Source of the DNA: Myxococcota bacterium
GTDB taxonomy: Bacteria; Myxococcota_A; Bradymonadia; UBA7976; UBA1532
Reading direction: 5' to 3'
DNA: 64,000 nt
Assembly: GCA_036337435.1 (NCBI GenBank)
Contig: JAYZEG010000001.1
Coordinates: 1 to 64,000 of the forward strand
Made by a program: the position numbers and the translations under genes. Positions 9,264 through 15,783 of the stretch are shown one piece after another. A model generated the notes under the pieces. That model saw only the letters and a program-made list of their open reading frames with translations, searched no databases and was not told where the DNA came from. The first letter of the stretch is position 1; each line of letters opens with the position of its first letter.

Positions 9264-9390
9264 GAACCGAGGTGTCTCAACTATCGAACTGTCTTTTCGA
9301 TGGTGCCGAAAGGCATCATGACCGAGTCGGTTCTCGAGTGAATCCAGCCGCTTTTCCCCTCGTGCGGCTGGATTCACGACCTTTCATTTC
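9264..9390 (+). ncRNA. Candidate structured small RNA (three-way junction followed by a 14-bp hairpin)
   Basis: GAACCGA 9264-70 pairs with TCGGTTC 9327-33; ATCGAA 9283-88 with TTCGAT 9296-9301; GGTGCC-GAAA-GGCATC 9302-17 (GNRA loop, G-U pair); 14-bp stem 9338-77, then GACCTTTCATTTC. No known family recognised. Confidence 0.35.
9338..9377. terminator. Perfect 14-bp inverted repeat, probable terminator
   Basis: GTGAATCCAGCCGC (9338-9351), 12 nt loop, GCGGCTGGATTCAC (9364-9377). Lies 21 nt past the stop of the minus-strand phosphoesterase; a T-rich tail follows on the + strand. Confidence 0.6.
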
Positions 9391-9398
9391 AACTCGGC

Positions 9399-9974
9399 CT
9401 AATTCAATCGTGGTTGCCACGGTTTCCCTGTTTCACAAGCGAGATGTTGAAAATGGAGGCCTGATTCATCGATATCAATTTGTCCGATGAGTATAGGTAA
9501 GGCAAAACGCCGTGGTCCACAGCTACCTGGGTTGAACACTGCAACACCCCTGTCTTGAGTGAGTAGGGGAACATGACTGTGCCCGCAAACAACCAGTTGG
9601 GCATGCATAGCCATCGCTAGGCTGTGAATCGGGCTTCGTAATTTTGGGCCACGTACAGCAATATGTGTCAGCAGCCAGCATGAACGAACCGCATCGCCAG
9701 ATTCAAAAAGAATCGTGACGACGTCGGGTAAGTCGCAAGTGACAGGGTCAATATTTCCGCGTACAGCAATCAGCGGTGCGATCTCCTTTAAGGGCTCGAG
9801 TACGGAAAGGCGTCCGATATCGCCCGCATGGAGGATCAAATCCGGCCGTTTTTCTTTGATGATAGTCAGGGTATTCGGATGGGGTTTGGAGTGGGTATCC
9901 GCAACCACGATTACGCGGGTCCGTGTGGCCAATTGGATACGCATGGTCTCTGTCGTTGGTTTACGACCTGTCAT
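9399..9974 (-). CDS. YfcE/MJ0936-type metallophosphoesterase
   Basis: VADTH, LHAGDIG, VRGNID, THI, CGHSHVP, FNPGS. ATG at 9974 follows RBS GGGGAG. Confidence 0.85.
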   Translation of the reverse strand: MTGRKPTTETMRIQLATRTRVIVVADTHSKPHPNTLTIIKEKRPDLILHAGDIGRLSVLEPLKEIAPLIAVRGNIDPVTCDLPDVVTILFESGDAVRSCWLLTHIAVRGPKLRSPIHSLAMAMHAQLVVCGHSHVPLLTQDRGVAVFNPGSCGPRRFALPILIGQIDIDESGLHFQHLACETGKPWQPRLN

Positions 9975-10190
9975 CGAAGTATCTCCCCAGCAACCCATTG
10001 GCAGGAGGCCTAACACGAGTACTTCGGACCTTCAAGGATAGGCATCGGTCCACAGGTGAACAAACACCTCAGGGTGAAAACCTAAACCAGATTCCATGAC
10101 CATCGTTCGGCCATGACCATGAGCCTTGATCATTGACCGGATAAGATACAGCATGTCATGGCATGGGGGGTGAAATGAGCTGGAGTCAAG

Positions 10191-11087
10191 GTGAATCGCT
10201 TATATTCTGAATTCGATGGTTTGGTCGCAAATACACCCATGCGACAGCTTCGAAAGTTGGTCCAGCGGACAGACATTCGAGTTTGGGGGAAGTTAGAAGG
10301 TACAAACTTAGGCGGTTCCGTAAAAGATCGAGCCGCCCTGGCAATGATTACCGCTGCAGAAATGGCGGGTCACCTCGATGGGGGCCGCCGACTCGTTGAG
10401 GCGACAAGCGGCAACACCGGAATCGCACTGGCGATGATTGCGACTCTCAAAAAAAAGCCGATCACGTTGCTCTTGCCTTCATCAGCGACGCCCGAACGAC
10501 GTGCGATTATGAAAGCCTATGGAGCCGAGGTTATCCTCGTCGAGGATGGCATTGTAGCGGCTCGCGACCTGGCGCAAGAAATGCACGACGCGGGGACACA
10601 TTTCCAGCTGAATCAATTTGCCAATCCAGCCAACCCACAAATGCACTATGAAACCACTGGACCAGAAGTATGGGAGGGCACGGAGAACAGGGTGACGCAC
10701 TTTGTCAGTTCCATGGGTACAACGGGCACCATTATGGGTACATCTCGTTTCTTGAAAGAGAAAAACGAACAGATCAAGATCATCGGAGTCCAACCGGAAG
10801 ATGGTTCGAAAATCCCTGGAATCAGACGCTGGCCCTCAGACTATTTGCCGAAAATCTATGAGCCGGAGCGAGTCGATGAAATCATCGATGTCTCCCGTGA
10901 ACACGCTGAGGAAATGACGCGCCGATTGGCTGTCGAAGAAGGCTTATTTGTCGGGCTATCATCCGGTGGAGCATGTTTAGCGGCACTCCAAGTTGCAAAA
11001 ACAGCCCCAGCCAACAGTGAGATCGTCTTTATCGTCTGCGACCGCGGTGACAAATATTTATCTATCGAGTCTCTATTTCCAAGCTGA
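10191..11087 (+). CDS. cysM: Cysteine synthase B (O-acetylserine sulfhydrylase)
   Basis: KLEGTNLGGSVKDRAA (PLP Lys), EATSGNTGIALA, NQFANPAN, SSMGTTGTIMG, IPGIRRWP, CDRGDKYLS. Confidence 0.9.
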   Translation: MNRLYSEFDGLVANTPMRQLRKLVQRTDIRVWGKLEGTNLGGSVKDRAALAMITAAEMAGHLDGGRRLVEATSGNTGIALAMIATLKKKPITLLLPSSATPERRAIMKAYGAEVILVEDGIVAARDLAQEMHDAGTHFQLNQFANPANPQMHYETTGPEVWEGTENRVTHFVSSMGTTGTIMGTSRFLKEKNEQIKIIGVQPEDGSKIPGIRRWPSDYLPKIYEPERVDEIIDVSREHAEEMTRRLAVEEGLFVGLSSGGACLAALQVAKTAPANSEIVFIVCDRGDKYLSIESLFPS

Positions 11088-11097
11088 GGAGTAAATT

Positions 11098-11394
11098 ATG
11101 ACAACAGAGAGAACAACTGAGGAAATTGAGGCCGCCGTGTTTAGGCGCTTAAGAGATCACCTGAGAAAGAATACAGATGTACAAAATATTGACCTAATGA
11201 TCTTGGCGGACTTCTGTAGAAATTGTCTGTCCAAATGGTATGTCGCGGAAGCGTCCGAACGTGGCATCGCGGTGGATTACGAGGACGCGCGGGAACTCAT
11301 TTACGGAATGCCCTACAGTCAATGGAAATCGGAGCATCAGACCCCCGCCTCACCAGAGCAGCTGGCCGCTATGAATGCCCGGCGTTCGACCTAA
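11098..11394 (+). CDS. DUF1244 family protein
   Basis: EAAVFRRL..HL...TDVQNIDLM.LA.FCRNCLSKWY ... IYGMPY..WK..HQ; RBS GAGGAG. Confidence 0.8.
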   Translation: MTTERTTEEIEAAVFRRLRDHLRKNTDVQNIDLMILADFCRNCLSKWYVAEASERGIAVDYEDARELIYGMPYSQWKSEHQTPASPEQLAAMNARRST

Positions 11395-12376
11395 CTGCAG
11401 CCAACGCATCATCGAGAAGTGTCATATCGGTGCCGGGCTTAATGGCCTCGCCGAGAATACGCCGCCATCGACGGCCTCCGGGCCGACCGTAGAACAACAT
11501 GAGCATATGGCGGGTCACAGAATTCAGTCGTCCTCCATTGCCAATCCAATCTGCTATGTAAGGCCGCATGGCTTCAACGACCTCAAAAACAGTCGGCTCA
11601 ACATCTGGATTTTGCCCATAGAAAATGTGGTCTACTTCAGAAAAAAACATCGGGTTTTCATAGGCGGCACGACCGATCATAACAGCGTCGACATGATCTA
11701 AATGGTCACGCATCTCCGATACATCCGTGACACCACCATTGATCTCGATTCGAAGATTTGGCCGCTCCGTTTTCAAACGATAGACGTCGGCGTATCTCAA
11801 GGGTGGAATTGTCCGGTTCTCTTTGGGGCTCAGGCCTTGAAGCCAAGCCTTTCGGGCGTGGACTGAGAATCGGTCCGCACCGGATTGAGAGACCACATCG
11901 ACAAATCGAAGCATATCTTCATATCGGTCCAGGTCATCGATTCCAATTCTGTGTTTTACGGTCACGGGAATAGAGACGGCAGCTCGCATTTCAGCCACGG
12001 CATCGGCGACCCGCTCTGGCTCAGCCATCAAGCATGCACCAAACCGACCTTTTTGAACCCGATCGCTGGGACAACCGACGTTGATATTAACTTCGTCATA
12101 ACCCAAATTCTCTGCGATCAATGCACACTCGCGCAAGGCAACTGGGTCATCGCCGCCAAGTTGTAGGGCGAGGGGATGTTCGATTTCCGAGTATCTCAAG
12201 TGACGGTCTCGGTCACCGTGCAGGATCGCACCCGTCGTTACCATTTCCGTGTACAGGAGCGTGCGTTTGGATATTTGCCGCATGAGGTAGCGAAAGTGCC
12301 GGTCTGTGCGTTTCATCATCGGTGCTACGCTGACTGGATTATTTTCGCCCCGATACGGCACGGCTGCCTGCTCCAT
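11369..12376 (-). CDS. dusA: tRNA-dihydrouridine(20/20a) synthase
   Basis: VAPMM..TDRHFRY, LYTEMVTTGA, LQLGG, NVGCPSDRVQKGRFGACLM, VHARKAWLQGLSPKENR, VMIGRAAY. Confidence 0.95.
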   Translation of the reverse strand: MEQAAVPYRGENNPVSVAPMMKRTDRHFRYLMRQISKRTLLYTEMVTTGAILHGDRDRHLRYSEIEHPLALQLGGDDPVALRECALIAENLGYDEVNINVGCPSDRVQKGRFGACLMAEPERVADAVAEMRAAVSIPVTVKHRIGIDDLDRYEDMLRFVDVVSQSGADRFSVHARKAWLQGLSPKENRTIPPLRYADVYRLKTERPNLRIEINGGVTDVSEMRDHLDHVDAVMIGRAAYENPMFFSEVDHIFYGQNPDVEPTVFEVVEAMRPYIADWIGNGGRLNSVTRHMLMLFYGRPGGRRWRRILGEAIKPGTDMTLLDDALAAVRSNAGHS

Positions 12377-12378
12377 GA

Positions 12379-13950
12379 CTAGTCTGCGTCAGTCGCTTGC
12401 AAAAACTTATTGATCAAGGGGCCATTTCCCTGAATCGCTGTTCGCTGCTGGTAAAAGCGCATGCCACGAGTCCCACCCAGCTCTTCTCCACCACCCGCAC
12501 GGCCAGGTCCCCCATGGAGGAGATGGGGCAACGCCATGCCAGGCGCGTACGCCTGCTCTGCTATCTTGGCATCGGTCAGCACCACTCGCCCACTCCAGGG
12601 AGCAAGCCCATCGATGGCTTGAGCGAGAAAATCTCGTTCATCGGCATAGACCGATGCAACCAAACCACCCTGTCCTTTTTGGATCAGATCACATGCGGTC
12701 TCAACCGAGCCATCATAAGGCAATATCGTCGACACAGGACCAAAGACTTCAAGCTCATGAATGCTCTTAGCACTCATTGGATCGCGTGCCTGCAACACCA
12801 AGGGAGATAGAAAATACCCGCGACCGTCTGCAACACCTTTCATGGCGCCTCTTTCCAGGCTGCCATAGACCAGATCTGCATCTTCCATTAATGCTTTGAT
12901 TCCAGACTGAGCACTTTGCAGTTGAGCTGCAGTCGACAGAGGGCCCATGTGAACACCCTCAGTGCCAGGATCTCCCACAGTGATTCGATCAAGCCGTTCG
13001 GCGACGTCTTCCACGAATTCATCTACCTTGTCCGCAGGCACTAAAATGCGTCGTGTGGCCGTGCATTTCTGACCCGCTTTCTGAGTCATCTCGTGAGCCA
13101 CATCACGAATGAATGCGTCATAGGTCAAGTCCTTCGCTCCCGGCGATAGGACAGTAGAATTGAGGCTATCTGCTTCAATATTCACCGCAGCGCCAGTCTC
13201 CAGTACACGGGCGTGGCGGCGGATCCGATCGGCCGTGTCAGCCCCGCCAGTAAATGCAACGACATCAGACCACTCAAGATGATCGAGGAGGTCGTAGGCA
13301 CTACCACAAACAACGTTGAGAACACCGTCTGGAAGAATATTCGCAGCCGACAGCGCACGGACCATAGCCCATGTCATGTAAGCAGTCGACGTCGCCGGTT
13401 TCGAAATCACCGGCATCCCCGCTAGAATGGCACAAGCCGCTTTTTCAGCCAGTCCCCATGCAGGAAAATTAAACGCGTTAATGTGAACGGCAACACCGGG
13501 TTTCGTACTGAGAATATGCTGCCCTTGTAGACGAGCACCACCAATCTGAATTGGATCGCCGTCGATCAGAGTCCGACGCTCACCGAGCTCAGCACCCAAC
13601 TTGGCGTAATACATGAGCGTCCCAGACGCCCCATCAATATCAAATTTTGCATCACCCCTGGTATTGCCAGCGTTGATACGACCAATGTCGATCAGGGCTT
13701 CTCGTTCGGCATGAATCGCCTTCGCCATGGCTTTTAAAAGTGCTCCGCGTTCAGCAAAGGTCATTTGGCGAAGAGCTTGGCCACCACGATCTCTGGCATA
13801 GTCAAACGCCTGACCAAGGTCCAGACCCTCGGTCGAAGCCCGCGCAACAACTTCTTCGGAGGTGGGGTTATACAGACGGCTTCCGTCGCCCGTACCGTCT
13901 CGCCACTCACCAGCGATCCAACTACTCAAACGTTGCATATTTTTCTCCAT
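12379..13950 (-). CDS. Aldehyde dehydrogenase of the PaaZ-N / 3,4-dehydroadipyl-CoA semialdehyde dehydrogenase type (no MaoC domain)
   Basis: HINAFNFPAWG, KPATST, FTGG, NIEADSLNS, KAGQKCTATRR (catalytic Cys), EVFGPV, HGGPGRAGGGEELGG. Confidence 0.85.
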   Translation of the reverse strand: MEKNMQRLSSWIAGEWRDGTGDGSRLYNPTSEEVVARASTEGLDLGQAFDYARDRGGQALRQMTFAERGALLKAMAKAIHAEREALIDIGRINAGNTRGDAKFDIDGASGTLMYYAKLGAELGERRTLIDGDPIQIGGARLQGQHILSTKPGVAVHINAFNFPAWGLAEKAACAILAGMPVISKPATSTAYMTWAMVRALSAANILPDGVLNVVCGSAYDLLDHLEWSDVVAFTGGADTADRIRRHARVLETGAAVNIEADSLNSTVLSPGAKDLTYDAFIRDVAHEMTQKAGQKCTATRRILVPADKVDEFVEDVAERLDRITVGDPGTEGVHMGPLSTAAQLQSAQSGIKALMEDADLVYGSLERGAMKGVADGRGYFLSPLVLQARDPMSAKSIHELEVFGPVSTILPYDGSVETACDLIQKGQGGLVASVYADERDFLAQAIDGLAPWSGRVVLTDAKIAEQAYAPGMALPHLLHGGPGRAGGGEELGGTRGMRFYQQRTAIQGNGPLINKFLQATDAD

Positions 13951-13971
13951 TACTGCTGCGGACCCAATCCG

Positions 13972-14721
13972 TTACCACGTTTCCGAGGCCTGTACCCTAT
14001 CGTAGTCTTGGACCGTATCTATTTCTCGCCAATCGCCGTCGATTGGAACAACCCCAAAATGCTCCTGATGAGCGATGGCGTCATTGACCAAGTCGGTCAA
14101 GTACGCTTTGCGCAAAGTCGGCGCATTGACATATGGTTGCGAATCACCCCGCGCCAGAACGTCTCGGTAGCGTGCCCAGAGTCGAGCAACCATGGCCCCA
14201 TTAAATTTAGCTAAACCAATGAATTCACCGCATGCACGCTCGGCACCGACCTCTTTGCCGACCCGGACAATGTGCCCATTTTCTCTGATTTCACACAATT
14301 CAGCTTGTTCTATGGGATGATCCGTACGGCCCTCGTAGATTTTTTCCCAACCAAAATCGACAACGAGCGCATTGGGGAAAAAACTGTTCATCAAGGCTTG
14401 AACCACGCCTGGTCCATAAACGATATCGCCATAGCTCACGATCACATCGCCAACCAGTTCAGGTCCGGCACAAAAAAGGCTCATCAGAATATTGTTTGTT
14501 TGATATTCGGGGTTTGCGACGATGCGAATGTCCGGTGCCTGAATGCAGTTCCGTTTATAGCCACCAATGACGACGATTTCGTCCACTCCATGAGCGCGCA
14601 AGGCGTCGAGTTGATGATGTAAAATAGGTTTACCATGGACCTCAACCATACACTTCGGTCGGTCCGCCGTGTGTGGTCGTAATCGGGTACCCATACCCGC
14701 TGCAATGATGATTGCCTTCAT
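13972..14721 (-). CDS. Phosphocholine/phosphonate cytidylyltransferase-family nucleotidyltransferase (LicC/PntC-like)
   Basis: MKAIIIAAGMGTRL, RPKCMVEV.GKPIL, NPEYQTNNILMSL, SYGDIVY, GEFIGLAKF, WREIDTVQDY. Confidence 0.8.
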   Translation of the reverse strand: MKAIIIAAGMGTRLRPHTADRPKCMVEVHGKPILHHQLDALRAHGVDEIVVIGGYKRNCIQAPDIRIVANPEYQTNNILMSLFCAGPELVGDVIVSYGDIVYGPGVVQALMNSFFPNALVVDFGWEKIYEGRTDHPIEQAELCEIRENGHIVRVGKEVGAERACGEFIGLAKFNGAMVARLWARYRDVLARGDSQPYVNAPTLRKAYLTDLVNDAIAHQEHFGVVPIDGDWREIDTVQDYDRVQASETW

Positions 14722-15488
14722 TCGCTACCCCCGTCAGGATGGCGTTCTACCGTGTCAAATCGTCCCAAACGAAAACATATGCCAAGCGTCGTCTGCGCGG
14801 CATACAGCATGTGTACCACTCCATAGGCCCATACGAACAGGTCCATTCGGTTGAATAACGCAAAAATTGGCAGACAGACGGGGTATTGAGAAATCAAACG
14901 AGCGAGCATCAGCACCGGCCAAAGGGGTGTTTTTCGATTATGCGCCTCGGCGACAGCTTGGCCGTGTCGCTTGCGCTCAAGCCCCGTCGCCTCAGCGTAG
15001 ACGTCCGTTCTGACAAATTTGGTCAAAGACAGAGCCATGCCCAGCAAGGCCAATGTCGAGATACCCACCCAATATGGATAAACGGAGCCGGACTCCGTTT
15101 CCAGCGCCCAACGAATGGTGAGTGCACCGATTAGGAGAAAGGCCTTGATCTCATCGATGAGAAAATCAAGTTCTCCACCCACCGGAGAGGACCGACCTGT
15201 CACCCGAGCGAGCTGACCATCGGCACAATCAAGAATATAAGCAAATTCAACCCCGATGACGCCAACCCAGAGACCCAGGGGACCAGGGAGCGCAATAAAT
15301 GCTGCAACAGCCAAGATCATCGGAATAATTGAAACGATTGTGACTTGATTAGGCGTAACTCTGGTCTTCGCCAAAATGGCTACCAAAACAGCAGCGAGCG
15401 GTCTCGCTAAGTAGATATTGAACAATGAATCAGCCGGTTTGAGGCTGTTTCGATAAATCTTAGGAATTTCAGAAAGCAAGTGTCGCAC
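14718..15488 (-). CDS. CDP-alcohol phosphatidyltransferase-family membrane protein
   Basis: TPNQVT and the signature DCADGQLAR...GGELDFLID; several hydrophobic segments. Stop overlaps the next ATG (ATGA). Confidence 0.88.
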   Translation of the reverse strand: MRHLLSEIPKIYRNSLKPADSLFNIYLARPLAAVLVAILAKTRVTPNQVTIVSIIPMILAVAAFIALPGPLGLWVGVIGVEFAYILDCADGQLARVTGRSSPVGGELDFLIDEIKAFLLIGALTIRWALETESGSVYPYWVGISTLALLGMALSLTKFVRTDVYAEATGLERKRHGQAVAEAHNRKTPLWPVLMLARLISQYPVCLPIFALFNRMDLFVWAYGVVHMLYAAQTTLGICFRLGRFDTVERHPDGGSE

Positions 15489-15783
15489 CCGTCAACAGAG
15501 TTTCATCGGGTTGTCGTACAGTGACTGGAAATATGATGCGAGAAAAATCCGCCTTGAAAACAAGATCAAGAGAGCAAAAGACCAAACGTGAAGACAAACC
15601 CAGGCCTGGTTTGTCTCAAAGCCTGTGACTCGCATTCGGCTAAAAACTAGCACGATAACGACAAAAGCTAATTATTTACAGGCACTTACATTAACCATTT
15701 TCTTGACGAAAACAGAAATCAGTCGGACATTTTAAAGTGTACGTTTGTCGTTTTGGAGTCAGGGTGTGCGTACTCATAAACCG

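Noticed and set aside
9125..9490. 121-aa plus-strand ORF across the structured intergenic region
   Set aside because: TTG start without RBS, no family features, runs through a strong hairpin and overlaps the phosphoesterase 3' end.
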